The translations under genes and the position numbers were made by a program. A stretch of 64,000 bases of DNA from NCBI GenBank assembly GCA_051294905.1, contig CM119371.1, positions 12,836,001 through 12,900,000 on the forward strand. Direction: 5' to 3'. Source of the DNA: Botryllus schlosseri. Its lineage: Eukaryota. This document shows positions 1 to 14,701 of the stretch, piece by piece (position 1 is the stretch's first letter; the number at the start of each line of letters is the position of its first letter). The notes beneath the pieces were generated by a model. The model did no database searches. It was not told the DNA's origin and saw only the letters and a program-made list of their open reading frames with translations.

Positions 1-235
1 ATTTTTTCATGACGACTTTATCTTGCACTCTCTCTTCCACGAATCAGTCTCTCTCTCTTCCATGCGCCTTTATTCATTCGATCATTGCTGCCGACTTTCA
101 AGCTCGGCTCACTGTAGTTTCTGGGCTTTTCAAGTCACTGCAATCGCAGAGAGGTCGGCGTAGAGCCGAGACTCGAACCATCAACCATTGGTGTCGTGAC
201 AGTGTCGATTTGCACACTGCGCCACTCGCTTCCCC
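1..235 (-). mobile_element. Possible tRNA-derived SINE head
   Basis: Minus-strand A-box-like TGGCGCAGTGT (224-214) and B-box-like GGTTCGAGTCT (179-169) at tRNA-like spacing. Confidence 0.4.
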
Positions 236-1390
236 TGCTTGGCACAAATGGTTTTTTGCGAAGGTATGATGACAAAATCCGGAACATCAAAGCGAGCGAA
301 AGCGTGAAATTTGTTCAGGAACATGATATATTTGTTTAAAAAAAGAGCAGTTGCATTTACATTTGCTATAGCATGAGCTTTTGAGACTATATGAATCTGT
401 GCTCTCCCGCGGTTCCACAATGATGAATGTCACTGAATGCCTGATCAACCTCTTCCACGGGCCGTAATTATGGAATCTGACGTAAAATGTTTGTGCCATT
501 AATTCAAAACTACATTGGCGATTCCTAGTCTCTGGGAACTGGTAGCACCCCTTTCTCACTGGTAGTGTCTACTTTGGAAAGGTAAAACGTTGCTTAAATG
601 CAAAGCAAATTATCAATTCTTATCAATAATTTTCCGATTCATAAATTATTTGTTCTGCTGAAGTCACTCGCGTTCAGCTATTAGTATGCATACCACAGTC
701 TTGGCCTTACGACCAAAAATAGTATGAAAATAAAATTTGAACTTAACGTACTGTACGTGACTTCGGAGAATTATCCTCAAATCGTTTCATTGCATTACTG
801 TTAGGGTACGATATTTATATGTATTCTGCTATCCTATATTGGGAGCGTAGACTACTACAATATATCTAAAGTACACATTTTCCGTTAGTACTGACTACGC
901 ATTCATATTCTCTAATCGAGAAACGTAGTTATTAGGTCGAATTATATCGGGGGTCTAAATAAATAGTCCTGGCCCACAACAAGTTTCAGTGTTATGTCGG
1001 CGGCGTTCTTCCCTGCTGAAGATCTCAATTTTGTTGTCACCATACCAGGCTCGTTCTTCGGTAATTTACGGTGACTTTTATCACATGCTGGCTAGGCATC
1101 AAATATAGTTTGAAGTACCGATACAACTACGCTGCTATAGATTTATTTGCTACAATGAAGTAAAACGAAACAGTGAAGACTGCGCGGCCATCCAAATCAT
1201 GTTAGTTCCAAAATGCTCAAGAACTGACGACTATAGCGGAATGAATATGAAAATTTAGCAGTTCGGTTGTCGTAGTTTTTTACTCTGTTTTTACTCTGTT
1301 ATTGACATATCACTGTCAATAACTGAAAATATACAATAATTTACTCCATATTATTTCATTCTGATCTGATCAAAGAAAATAATTCCTTAC

Positions 1391-1489
1391 CGATCTTCCA
1401 TGAATATACTTCTCGCCGATATCGTCGTCACATTGGAAATAGGTGCAATTGCACGGGACAGTAACATATTCACCGGAGGAGTTGGTAAC
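1391..1489 (-). CDS. Probable host exon, start of an LDLa-like module
   Basis: 99 bp, ends at a gtaag donor; VTNSSGEYVTVPCNCTYFQCDDDIGEKYIHGRS. Confidence 0.6.
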
Positions 1490-1754
1490 CTATTAATATA
1501 TGTAAAAGTGAATAAATTAATTTCATTATATTTAATGAAAAGAGCTGGCGGTTTTATATTACAGTAACTAATAAAACAGTAGTTCCGTGATTTTAGAAGT
1601 CGGTCCGACAAGAAATTCGATCATGACAACCACCAAAATACAGCAGTCTTCGTTCACGTATATATTTAACGTTCCTGACAAAGATTACTGCGCATTTTCA
1701 ATTTAACTATGCAATGGAAGCGCATATTTCCGTTCACCATGTCACTACATTTAC

Positions 1755-1815
1755 CTCATTTTTGCATTCCTTAATCATCGATACGTTTTGATAGGGTACA
1801 TTGGTGCAGTCGTAC
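1755..1815 (-). CDS. Probable host exon (Cys-containing)
   Basis: tttccag/...gag|gtaaat; YDCTNVPYQNVSMIKECKNE; phase 0 into 1391-1489. Confidence 0.55.
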
Positions 1816-2035
1816 CTGGAAATAGATCATAGAATGTAGAAGAAACAGCCATAACTCATTCATTTTAGTGTAATTGGAAACGTGGAAGCGAAACGGGGCA
1901 TTTCGTAAATCAAGAACCGATTTTCCATTGAATGAATACTTCCCGTATAATCAATTTAACATGTATATTTGTCGTCCGGTTGGAACATCACGACTCACCT
2001 CACGAATGTGACCGTAGATAGCAAAAAGATTTTAC

Positions 2036-2940
2036 CAGAGGTGGTCAGTAACGAAGTACTTCTACTATGAAGTACTCATGTAGTGTTCTGCTATTTGGGT
2101 ACTTGCTCAAGTAGATATAATTTCCCGCTACTTCTACTTCGTAATATTTTGTGATCTACTTACTTATTTTCGCTATTTTCAGTTTATAAAGTACAAGTAG
2201 TTTAATCCCCCTATCAGGAAAATAGCCTGAGGAATTTCGTGTCTGCTTTCATGGAGTATTAACATTTAGATTTCATTATTGTTGAGTAAAGCCCCGAATT
2301 GTTGACGCGCTTCGCGCACAATGAATATGGAGTGGCCAGTATGATTTGATGAAGGTATAGGTGAATAAAATTTAGGTAGAGGGTTGCGTGGTTTCGTTCA
2401 CACCGCATTGTCGCCCATATAAAATATTTCATCTCAGCCTATATGACCTATCATAACGTTTGAAACTGATGTTTTGCAATCTAGCATTTACTTGTATTGT
2501 AATCTAGCAATCCTGGAAACTGGACTTTTTTAGCTTTAGAGCTGTTTTAGCATATAAACTTCGAAACTTTCCGGATTAAAGTCATGAAAAACATTTTCCG
2601 CTTTTAGAAATACTATTTGTATTTCCCTTTCCAATCCCAGTATCAAACTGTAAGTAATAATTAGTTTCAGTTCTTTTGTATGGAAAACATACATGTTGAA
2701 GTATAAAAGCAAATGTTGTAATGCCTTTAATTGCCGGAAATAAAGCTCAACAATATGGCTATTTTACGATCCACCATATTATTAATGACGGTTTACTAAT
2801 TGTGCAGAGTGTTAGCACCTAATCCGATTGCTCCTCGACTAAACCTGTAAGGGCCTTATAATATAGGGGCGGGAGCCATACCATGATATTTTCTAAAACG
2901 GGCTGTTGGAGCAAAAAGATGAATAATATCGCATTTCCAG
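2036..2940 (+). mobile_element. Truncated copy of the CAGAGGTGGTCA MITE family
   Basis: Colinear similarity to 15107-~16066; right end absent. Confidence 0.75.
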
Positions 2941-4835
2941 ATCATTCGGTGGACCAGTTTTGAGTAAACATTAAAAGGATCTACCACATGACGAAAAAAG
3001 ATGAAGGGCACTGCTACAGATTACAAACCTACGGGAGTATGTGATGAATTTATAGTATGACTGCCATGACGCAATTGACTGGTCCAGCACCGAAAGACCG
3101 AAATTACATTGTATTGCCGTCGCTTAAACTTGAAAGTTTCAGCGCAAATGAAACTTAATCCGAGGGCCATGAACAGGATTTTTCTCGGGCGGCTTTGTGA
3201 CCGCGCTCAGATGCTTTCACGCCCCCAGTTAGCGAACCACCGCATTTGACGATTCTTCACCGATCACGTACTGGTTTCTAATGGAGCCTTTATTCAGAAA
3301 CTCAGATACCATATTTCGCCAATCTAGTGGGCTAAGCCAAATGATTCCATAAACGTTAGCCTACTCACCAAACATCGCAATCAATGAGATTTAGATTGTA
3401 ATATTCTGCACTGCAAGTGATCCACGGATATGAATAATTCAAACGGATCTCCGTCAGTCTGTGGTTAAAAGCAGAGTTGCAAATTAGCAAATAGATACAA
3501 TATTACATATCAAATCGTCTCAATCAAATAATCACACCACACCTACAAACCTATTGTGATCGGCATCTCTGAAAACGACGTCGCATATTTTTCCGGGAAA
3601 TTCAAATCATAATATGCGTTCACAGAAAATTGTTGAAAGAACCTTTAATATTATCGATCGAGGAAAAAATCATAGAGTGGCTTGCTAAACGAATTTGTTC
3701 ACTACATTCGGTTTACACATCTTGGAGCATTTTACCTTTGTACTTTTGTGCACTATTATCCCTAAGGCTACTTCACATTGGGGTCCATAAAATTGACTTG
3801 GTTAAATCCAATCCACCGGTGACACAGTGACAAGTAGATGTTAAATTTAATCTGGCGACTCGATGAGACTATTTTGAAGATTGAATGAGTCATAAAATTT
3901 CCCCGGATTATGTGTGTATTTACCGATTTTTTTACTGGAAATAAAGAATATAATGATAACGTTCGGTTCGACACGATCCAAAAGATCACGTTATTGGGCA
4001 TTGTGCATATTCTTCGGAAGGCCTTGAATGCAGCACTGGACTAAAATTACACCTGTGAATCACAGCATAATTTCTATAATTTAAACTCTTCATTTTCAAT
4101 CATCTCTACCCCTGCTCTGTAACGCTTGCCTATTTTCATCTACTGCAATTCTGTAATCTGACTTCTCCGTGTATTGCATAGGTATAACAATTTGACTGTA
4201 TTACTGAAATTACTCCAATATCGCCATTATCCTTTGTGTGCAGGTTGCTCTCCGGATTTTGTGGGTGGGTTATGATCGTCATAATATATATTCTCAACTG
4301 ATCAAGACACACACAATATAAAATGATATATACAAAATTTAATGCGATGTAATGAACGGATTAGGGGATGCCGAAGCGACCAGCTGCGTTCTCTTAATCT
4401 GGTATCCATCTCGGTCTACCGCCCGATTTCACATTTTTTTCGATGGTGATTAAGGATGGTCTGAACCTCTGAAAGGTTCAGGTTCGTGTGAAGGCGAACC
4501 TTCTGAAGGGTTCTGTGTGAACGCTAACGTGAACCTCATGACGTCACGTGACGTCATAGTGCCACTTCCAAGCCGATACTTAAATGCAGTGATAGCCTGA
4601 ATGAACACGATACCTAGCGACGACTCGGATCTCATAATGCCACAATGCTGAAGTACATATAGACGTTTTAAACGTCGCCAAATGTATCAACTGGAACAAT
4701 TAAAATGATGAAATATTCCCAAAAAATCAATATCTTACGTCGCTTTGCCGACAATTTCGACGAGGACTTGCAAATGAATATAAGAATAAGCCTTAAAAGT
4801 CTAGGCCAGACCGGACAATGTATTTGGCGTCATAG

Positions 4836-7760
4836 TATGGCGTGTTCTGTCGTGGGCGCGCGTTCTTCTTGGTCCGCGGCTCGATAAGTCAAAGTAGACA
4901 AGTCAACATTGATCTTTTATTAAAACAACTAAAACATGACGATGCTCGTCCGGAGACTAACAGACGACTGGCTCGGACGGTGACTAAAAGCAACTGCACC
5001 TCCGACGGTGACTAAAAGCCGACCCGGACGGTGACTAAAATCAACTGCACCTCCGACGGTGACTAAAAGCCGACTGGCTCGGACGGTGACTAAAATCGAC
5101 TGCTCGTAAAAAGATTACAACACAAGACGTAGCCTAGCAGTAACATAATCAGTGATCGGCGGGGATAATTACAGGTTAATAATGAAGCGGTACGCTACAA
5201 AGGCCCCCCTGGTTGGTAAAAGCTTTAGGGTATAATGGACACTCCAGTCAACGATTTAACTATATACGAATGAAGGACGCTACAAATATGAAACGGTAGT
5301 GGTTACAGATTAAGATTCGAACACGAGTGCAATACTAATGTTCTAACGACTAACGAAAGCGAGGTGGGTGTGGTGGTAAAGCTATATAAACGGCAAAATT
5401 ATGCGTTTAGCGATAATGATGCACTTTACAATGTGAAAGGCTCAAGACACAATTTATAGAACATACAGGAGATGAAGGAGCCTGTTGCGAAAAAATACAA
5501 GTGATGGCGGAAAAGTGAACGAGTAACACTAAATATCCATATTAAATACTGGTGACAACACAAAATCATTCAAGTGATGTGGAGTACGAATAATACGGCC
5601 ACTGGCATAGTAACAAAGCCAATCGGTTGAGGCGTCATGCGGACGGTTATTCGTTCGAATTGTGAAAAACATTTCAGTGCGGATCAAAACTTGATGTGGA
5701 CAGAATAAACTGGATCAAGTGATGTGCAGTGTGATTATCATTTTAAAAACACGTGTGCGTAATTGTATAATCGTTTGGGACGTGTGATTTTGAATTCGAA
5801 GCGTGATTTTCAATTCCAATTAAAGTTATCTGGAATCTGCGCAACCCAGAAAAAGAGCGTTTGGATTTACTAGCGTAGCCGATACCATCGGAGTGAATAG
5901 TGAATACTAGAATAGGGATTCACTAAATGGCGAGGCAACACATTCAAGTGCCATGCACATTACAGAGCTCTGATGGCAAAAACATTTAGTTGATCGAGTA
6001 ACGGTTGAGTGAGATTTTTAAGAATTGCGCGACTACAAGCGTTGTCTAATCCTATATGGTACGCAAATAGGCATGGGTTGCGAAAGCTTTTGGGCGTAAG
6101 AGATAACGTCATGATTCGCTTACATAAGTCGAAGTTAGTAATATCATGTGCTATGTGCTGATCAATCTTACAACAGTTTTGGGATATGTAACGTCTAGTC
6201 GTGACTGATGGCGTAAAATAACGATAAGAATTCATTAGAGTAAACTGAAAAACGGTCAATACACATGGAACAAATGAATGAATATGCAGATATTGCTAGG
6301 GGAACGTCCATCAACATCACGGAGCGGAATTGTTCGAATAGTAGGCCTACACTGACACTGGGTTTCCGGAATCTCTGCAATTCGATTGAACTTCGAGCGT
6401 TATTGGACCAGCACGTTGACATCGTTGCACGAATTAGCTCTGTCGCGCTCCATATTTCGCAATTTGTGTCGTTAAGGTCCGTCAGAAGTCTAGTAGATTC
6501 TCGGATGCGTGAGCGGGTAATGTAGAACAGAACGTCGAAAGCGTCTGCCACATAATACTGAGACGAAGAGCGTCTGCATTCGGAATATACCTATCAAGGT
6601 GATAGGTTATTGCAAGTCGTCGCTCGACAAGATTGAGTGAAGGGGAGGGGGGTCTGCGTTTGAGCGCATTTCCAGCTGTTTCTGTCGATGTCGAGGTGAT
6701 TCGATTCGGTTCGGTTCATGGTCCCATCATGAATAATGGTTCCGTCGGCTGTGTAGAGTTTCGTTCGGCTCATCTTTCGTTCTACATTTGGGATGCGTAG
6801 CGACTAGCGAGACAGCATAGCTGCTTCTATATCTACGTAGAAAAACGGGTATATCGGTGTCGGGCGATCGGAGATATGAAGTTGCGAAGAGAATTCAGTG
6901 TACGTGGTCGCTGTGCTAAGGCTCGGTCATGTCGTCGTCGTGCTGCAAACATGCAAGTTCGCAATCGATGAAGGAAGTCGTACTCGGTGGTAAAGTCTTC
7001 AGCATGCAAATTCGAATTCTGGAGTCTTGAATTGGACGAATTGTCGGCGGTATGGCGTACTCAACCAAGACTAAACTGACACATATGTTGAGTGACATCG
7101 GGTCGGAGCGTCGTACCAAAGCAAGTACGCGTGGAAAGGTCCGAATTCCATGTCGTTGAAATCCCGCATTCATGAAGACAAACTAACGATTCCTATGCTG
7201 TCAGTGCAAAACTCGTTTTCTCGTATCGTGAATTAATCGCTTTCTATCATTGATCCTGGTCGAGTTTAGGCATTACAGTTGTCCCGTCTACAGCGCTGCA
7301 TTTCCAAAAAGATCACGTCGGCTATCACGTTGAATAGCGAAATCACGTCGGCTTCTGATTACGTCGGGTTCTGATCACGTCGGGGTCACCAAAATATAGC
7401 GTGCTCTCTGTCGTGGGCGCGCGTTCTTCTTGGTCCGCGGCTCGATAAGTCAAAGTAGACAAGTCAACATTGATCTTTTATTAAAACAACTAAAACATGA
7501 CGATGCTCGTCCGGAGACTAACAGACGACTGGCTCGGACGGTGACTAAAAGCAACTGCACCTCCGACGGTGACTAAAAGCCGACCCGGACGGTGACTAAA
7601 ATCAACTGCACCTCCGACGGTGACTAAAAGCCGACTGGCTCGGACGGTGACTAAAATCGACTGCTCGTAAAAAGATTACAACACAAGACGTAGCCTAGCA
7701 GTAACATAATCAGTGATCGGCGGGGATAATTACAGGTTAATAATGAAGCGGTACGCTACA
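4836..7760 (-). mobile_element. Non-autonomous LTR retroelement (Gypsy type, tRNA-Trp primed)
   Basis: LTRs at 4836-5199 and 7395-7760; 4-bp TSD ATAG (4832-4835, 7761-7764); PBS TGGTGACCCCGACGTGAT; polypurine tract AGGGGGG next to the 3' LTR; no pol ORF in the 2.2-kb interior. Confidence 0.92.
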
Positions 7761-9657
7761 ATAGTATTGTAACACAAAAAATGGTCGAATGATTGTGAGC
7801 CTCATAGCTCAATAGTGCCCTCTCTGGGGAGATTTTCTCTCCGTGTCTTGATAGACACTTGGTGAATTTTAGTCGCTTTGTTGCTCGTAATATGATAGAA
7901 TCAGTATTGAAATTAGACCTGGTTCATGGATGTAATGTACTAATTGGCACTATTTGTATGTTCAAGTATTGTATAAGTTTGGGCCATCATTCAGGTGATT
8001 GTATTATATTGATTAGCTTGTAAGTTTAGAGCCTAGAGAGTTAACTGTTGTTAACCGCTACTGTGACTGTTGCCTCGACGTTGACGTGATCGTTCTATGT
8101 AGTAAATTTGTTATCATATTCTGTATTTGTTTGATTTAGATTTGATCGGGTCTCAGGGGCAGGCGCGGATTATCGGAAGCAAAGAAAGTGAGTTTCAATT
8201 CGAATTGACAAGCTATACTCGGCAAGCCTAAATTGTTACAGCCAAAACTCCAATCAAGTGAATATAATAAACTATCGTTTTGGCTAGGCCACGACCAGAA
8301 CGTACGTTATAAGTATTGTTGCGTTGACATTGAGCAGAGTGTAAAATGGGTTTCTATACAGCAGTAGCCAACACCCCAATCTCAAGGCTTTGAATTTTAT
8401 GATACAGTAAACAAATAAAGTCAAGATTGAGCCGTGCGCCTGTTAGATTTTTTGCATCAGACAACGATATCAATTTCTTTGCTTGCTTGCTTGAATAAGC
8501 ACCATTCGCCGACAACATGTACAGTAGATCGCCCTTGATATTGTATGATTTTCGGACAAGCCAACAGAAGAGAGTTAATTAGATATTCGAGCAAACTTTT
8601 CTACAGAAGATAGTAAATTTTTTGAGATTGTCCATGTGCATGTTCGTTTGGTGTTGATTTGTTATGCTGTCAGCGACATGCATAGAGTATCCCGCAATTG
8701 AAATGCGGTAAATTCCAATCAAAGATAGTACAATGAGTTGGAAATTGTAATATATAAAAAAGGTTCACAGTGAAGAACCTATCATGGTCTGTTTGTCAAA
8801 GTGCAACTCTAAATTTCTGAGGTTCACACACGGAACACGAGCAATAAAATGAGCAATATAATCAGTGCGTTGCTAAATCGCATGTGTGGTAGTGAAACGA
8901 AAAGGGCGAGTACCACACATATTTGGAACAAAATCCCCCATTCCTTTATAATTATTACTAATGTACAAGCCCTCCATATGTGTACTAAATTGGTATATTT
9001 GTAAATTACAGTAATGATTATTCGGTTATGAGCCATCATGACGCTTCAAAAAGTAGTAGACTTTGATATAAGTAAATAAAATTATTCCTTATTCCAAACG
9101 TATAAACGTTGAATAAATGACAAACGGCATATAGGGGTTTGTTATAACTGGGCATTTTTCAACGGTAGTATGCATTATGATGGCAATCTGAATTTTCCTT
9201 GTGAAACGTTGATCCGGGTTTGCTTGATCGCGACGGCTTGAATAAGATCCTATTGCGATATTAATGGTTTTCCGCTTTTCTTACACATTGCATACTAAAT
9301 TATGCTTATCTTGACACTCATAATTAAATGAATATCGATTATTATTTCACCAAACATACTCAATCCTTTGTTTTTAATTCAGCCATTGTAATACCTTGCA
9401 GCAGTCATTATCATTCAACTGATACTCACTGATGCTGGTCAAGAAACAGCTTGCAATGTAGGTTGTCACGCAGGCACGTAGCGATTGATATTGTGGGTTG
9501 TGTTTCGTACAAACATATTCTCCCTGAAATACGAAATCAACAACAGATAGGTTTTTGATTGTGCTGGCTGCAGAGGAAAGAGTTGATTCATGTTTCCAGC
9601 GAATTGGAAAATTGGAAACTGCTGTCGTAGTTTGCAAACATGATGGGACATGTCCTC

Positions 9658-10284
9658 CGGTGCGGAGTATGGACCGGAGCCGGATCGGATATCCAGCCGG
9701 ATTTTTCCAATTTTGGTCGGACCGGATCGGAGCCGGATCAGCGATTTTATGATACGCCCGAAGGCGAATCGGAGCCGGATCAGTATATTTTTGCCTATAG
9801 TGACTTCCGAGTTCCGACCTCAGTGAGAAAACAACCGAGCCATATTTGTAAAATCACTGAGCCATGACCATAATTTATGCTAACTCATTCAATCGCAGCA
9901 TTGAATCTATGACTAAGCATTTATTGCCTCCAACATCCTGGTTTCCATTGTATGTGGTCGATGGAGGGTCTCCTTAGCGTGTAGTGATATGGCTAGCCTG
10001 AGCTTTTATGTAGTGTTTGTGTAGTTTTCATGTTCCATTCAAAGCTGTTCGCTTCAATGCCGTGTTTCTTTTGTTTCAATATAACCTGAAGCCATTGCCT
10101 ATGATTTACTGAATTTGTAGTTAACTAGACATAGCTAGTCGCACATGAATATTATCGGAGTTTTTTTGGATCGGATATCGCTCATTTCAAGTATCCGGCC
10201 TCAGAGTGGGAATGGAGTCGGACCAGAGAATTGTGGAACAGGATCGGAGTCGGCCCAAAGAATTGGTCGATCCGCTCTGCACCA
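9658..10284. mobile_element. hAT-like MITE with CCGGA/GGATC subterminal repeats
   Basis: 8-bp TSD ATGTCCTC (9650-9657, 10285-10292); imperfect TIRs GGTGC...GCACC. Confidence 0.8.
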
Positions 10285-11467
10285 ATGTCCTCAATGTTTT
10301 AAATTAGGATTGAATTCAGTTCCTATTTGATACATCTTTGCGCTTTACTCGTTTGTCGTATGTACCCGACGGACCGCAGGGTCTCACAGAAGGTCAACAA
10401 GACATACATAGAAGTCATACAGTAATCAGTATATCAATGTAGCCCACACAAATTGAACATTAGCCGAGTTGACGCTGGTTTTCTCGTAGCGGATTATCTG
10501 AAAAAGATTTTATAGTGATACTGTTTATGTTATTATATAGGAGCATATAGCACCCAGACGTAATTTGAAATATTAATTAACGTAATTAAACAGAATAGTG
10601 AGTATTTACGATGCTGCTGCATTACTCGTTTATTCAACTCCCTCGGTGGCTTTGGTTCATGACCATATGGGGGTCAAATGCCAACGTTTCTTTTGTGTGT
10701 GTGTGAAGGGGGCTGACGAGGTATTGTGTCGCCCTGGGCGTACGCTTAGGCTAATATGATATGGTTACCATGAGTCCCCTTTTAAGTAGATTTGTCCTCT
10801 ATTTTGGCTTTTTAGGAAGTATCTTCGAAGTACACTCAAATGTCCTCTTTTTTGAGATTTGCCCGCATTTTTGAAAATTTCGCAGAAATTTTACTTCGAT
10901 ATAGCAAATCAGCACTCAAGTAACGGTCCGACGGGACTTTCGGAAGATGAGCCAGAACGACGACCTTTTTTATTTTGAATCAACACCACCAATTTCCCGT
11001 AAAAATTGCCGGAGCCGAGCGAAAGTGATGACCACTTTTTTATAATCAACCAACTACAAACTCGGGATAAATTTACCAATTTTTCCAGATTTTACACCGG
11101 TTTAAAAATTTTGAAAAAGTGTCCTTTATTCAGATTCTTAAAATACGTTAACCCCTATAAGAGAGGTCTCAAACAGGCGGCCCGCGAGACCTTTTAGTGC
11201 GGCCCGCGAGGGCATTTTGGACTTCGAAGCATTCGACAATATTGAACTATCAATTTCTATTTTAATTTGAGATATCGAATTTCGCTCTCAAACTACCACG
11301 GAAGCCTCAAACTACTCATCTGACTTCACTATGACATCATTTTCAAAAGGTATCACGTGGTGAAAGGTCAAAAATTGCGTGGCATTACTTGTTCATCATG
11401 GTAAAACATGACCCGTTGATGATTGGTGACCGGAAATTGTGATTTGGACTAGGTCGCGACCTTCTGT

Positions 11468-13461
11468 GAGGGTTGTAACCAAGTCACATGGTTCCGAGTC
11501 ACGAGTCCATCTTACTTTTGTGGTTTTGACTCGAGTCAAGTCGAGTCATTTTCAATTCATCACTGAGTCGAGTCCGAGTCCAAGTCACCGTTTACCGGGT
11601 CAAGTCCGAGTCATAGTGTTATGACTCGAGTCCGAGTCCAAGTCACAGTATTGAAGTCATGTTCATCCAATGTTGTCAATCCTGCTTGGGTGATATCGAA
11701 TTCCTTGCTTGCCTAACATGCTTATTTTGTCTCTACCAGAGTCTTGGCACATGTTTATTTAGGTAGATTACGGACAGTTCCTGGCCTCATTTACCGATGC
11801 TACAGATATACGAGACAGGCCGCCAATATGATAACTTTACTAATCTTAGAACTTAAAATCAAATATCTGTCTTGTCAGTCTGATACATCACACATACAAG
11901 CATTCAGTTTTTATTACGACCACATCGACGACAGCTCACAAATAGCGGATTGAGAACCAACGAATTCAAGTCTACATACTACCTGATAAAGAACCTACGA
12001 ATTCACGTCAACAAATAAGGTGATAGAGAATCAACAGATGCATGTTTATGTAGGGATATTTTTACCAGGCCAGCATGCTGTAAAAGCGTGCATGTAGCTA
12101 TGTGCAGTGACAAAAAACAGATACCTTTTGATAGTACTAAAGGTTTTCCCAATTGCATTACAGACTACATCGCAGTTACAGCATTGGAGAAATAATTAGG
12201 GCTGTTAAAAAAACATTTTTTGCAATTTTCCGGCTACTTCTTAGAATTGTTAGATTGCCTAAAAAAACTCAAATTTCGCTCAATTCCGACCGGTAGAAAG
12301 TAATGCTCTGGGAGAAAATTTTGGATTAATTACGAATAGAGATTTTCGAATTTTACTGGCTACCTCATGATATTGTTAGATTGTGTAAAAATATGATTCA
12401 TAGCAAATTTGGCTCAATTCCAACAAGAAGAAGCGAAGTTATCAGAGTAGGTTATTTTGGATATGAAAAAATAGTCGGCTTACCACTAGTATGTAATTAT
12501 ATTATATGAAAGAATTTATCACTAAAAAACTCAATTTTCAAATCCAAAATTTTCTCTTCTCATATCATTGATTCTACTTTTTAAAATTTAACCAGATTCA
12601 GTGTTCTTTTAATGCAACATAACAATTTTATCAAGTAGCCATCAAGTAAAATAAAAAAGAAGTTATTTTTGAACACCCTACTGTACAAACATCACACAAC
12701 ATTAGCCATTCATTTCACGTGCACAATGCACATACCTAATAAAACGTCAAATGGACGGAGGGTATTGTGTGTTTTCACTGACGGCAGATCAAATCAATGA
12801 TGAGTTACACTTTAAAAATACCAAATTGGAGAGGAGATCCTCAGATATAGGCTACTAAAGCCGCATGGCCTTAGAATGAATCCACATCTACTGAATACAC
12901 TTTCCACTTTCCACTTTATAGTCGCCCAAAAATGCAAATAATCATCGCCTGCAAATCTACACATGAGCTTATCAGTCTCTTCCAAGTACTTGACCATCTG
13001 AGTCATTGCATTGGCTCTAATTGAACTTTGCTTAGATTCTTTGCTTATATAATTAAAAAGTCTTGAGTACGGTAGGCCTACTTTGATTGCGGAGGATTTA
13101 TTACCTCTTCCTCACTGGATGATTTTGTAAAATGCAATGCTACTATGTACCATTGTCTGTTGTTTTTACGGCAGTCTATCTGTAGTGCAACGAAAGCACT
13201 CGTGACAAATAGCGATGTCGGCAGAATTCGTCAGATGCGTTGATCTAGTCATTACGATTCGTCTTCGAGTCATATAAAATAAGCCAAGTCAATGACTTGG
13301 GTCGAGTCATGCGTAATGACTCGAGTACAAGTCGAGTCAATCCAAATATTGACTCGAGCCGAGTCGAGTCGAGTCATTTCCCATTTCAAGAACATGACTC
13401 GAGTCAAGTCGAGTCACAAAAAAATCGTGACTCGAGTCTGACTCGAGTCATTGCAACCCTG
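11468..13461. mobile_element. Non-autonomous hAT element with GACTCGAGTC subterminal repeats
   Basis: TIRs AGGGTTG...CAACCCT; TSD CCTTCTGT (11460-11467, 13462-13469); minus-strand hAT dimerisation-domain relic VESVFSRCGFILRP near 12860-12910. Confidence 0.85.
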
Positions 13462-14193
13462 CCTTCTGTAGCATTACTTATACTCAGACTCGCGTCGTCC
13501 CACGTTACAATCAGATAATCAGAGGAATTTTGTGACTCAGCATGTCGTGACTTGGTATAACCATGGACGAAACAAACTATCAAAGACGTTTGAGAAACAG
13601 TAAAATATAAAAAGTTCGTAGGTCGAGTTGCATAGCTTATTAAGATATCTAAGCAGGTCGGTATGGCAACCGCCATTGGCATCTTAAATTCTACCTATAT
13701 TTGTTGGACGTCAAATGTTCACTAGCTGCAATATTATAACGCTTTTACGATGTCCTGGTGCATCTGCACTGTCGAATGGTGTCTACAACTAATAATTTCG
13801 ACAAGCTATACCCAGTATAGCAACATTTTTATTTTAAAATGTGATTTTTGTCGTGCCTGGTGTCGATTTACAATAGTAAATCGCATTTCCACGTTGCGTG
13901 TGGAATGTGAGTCTGCAAGATCCCGTTAAATAAGGCTTCATTGGAAATACATTGTATTCCCCTATTATTAGTGCTGTGCTGCGTCATCACAAAGTATAGG
14001 AAATTGGCGCGTGAGCACATTTGACTTTGAGACCTCTGCTTTAAAATATGCGAACCCCAGATTTTTGCCTAATCATAAAAGCAAAACAAAACTGTGCATG
14101 ACAAACAGTGTTAAAGGAGCAGGACTAGGTTAGAACATGATTTGGATACAATCAAAATATTATAATGAATATTTACTGCATATCGGCCTGACG

Positions 14194-14701
14194 TTTACTG
14201 TATGACTCCTATGTATGTCTTGTTGACCTTCTGTGAGACCCTGCGGTCCGTCGGGTACACACGACCAACGAGTAAAGCGCAAAGATGTATCAAATAGGAA
14301 CTGAATTCAATCTTAATTTAAAACATTGAGGACATTGGTGCAGAGCGGATCGACCAATTCTTTGGGACGACTCCGATCCTGTTCCACAATTCTCTGGTCC
14401 GACTCCATTCCAACTCTGAGGCCGGATACTTGAAATGAGCGATATCCGATCCAAAAAACTCCGATAATATTCATGTACGACTAGCTATGTCTAGTTAACT
14501 ACAAATTCAGTAAATCATTGGCAATTGCTTCAGGTTATATTGAAACAAAAGAAACACGACATTGAAGCGAACAGCTTTGTATGGAATATGAAAACCACAC
14601 AAACACTACATAAAAGCTCAGGCTAGCCATATCACTACACGCTAAGGAGACCCCTCATCGACCACATTCAATCGAAACCAGGATGTTGTAGGCAATAAAT
14701 G
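14194..14701 (-). repeat. Inverted duplicate of 9918-10425
   Basis: Near-identical reverse complement including the MITE end, its TSD and ~140 bp of flank. Confidence 0.9.

Noticed and set aside
165..235. Functional tRNA gene
   Set aside because: A- and B-box-like motifs are present, but no convincing cloverleaf or acceptor stem; kept only as a possible SINE.
5960..6551. Short ORFs inside the LTR element as gag or env
   Set aside because: No motif could be recognised with confidence.
11161..14038. Outer AGAGGTCTCAAA...TTTGAGACCTCT MITE
   Set aside because: TIR-like ends are present, but the flanking 8-mers (CCCTATAA, CTTTAAAA) do not form a convincing TSD, so the pairing is unsupported.
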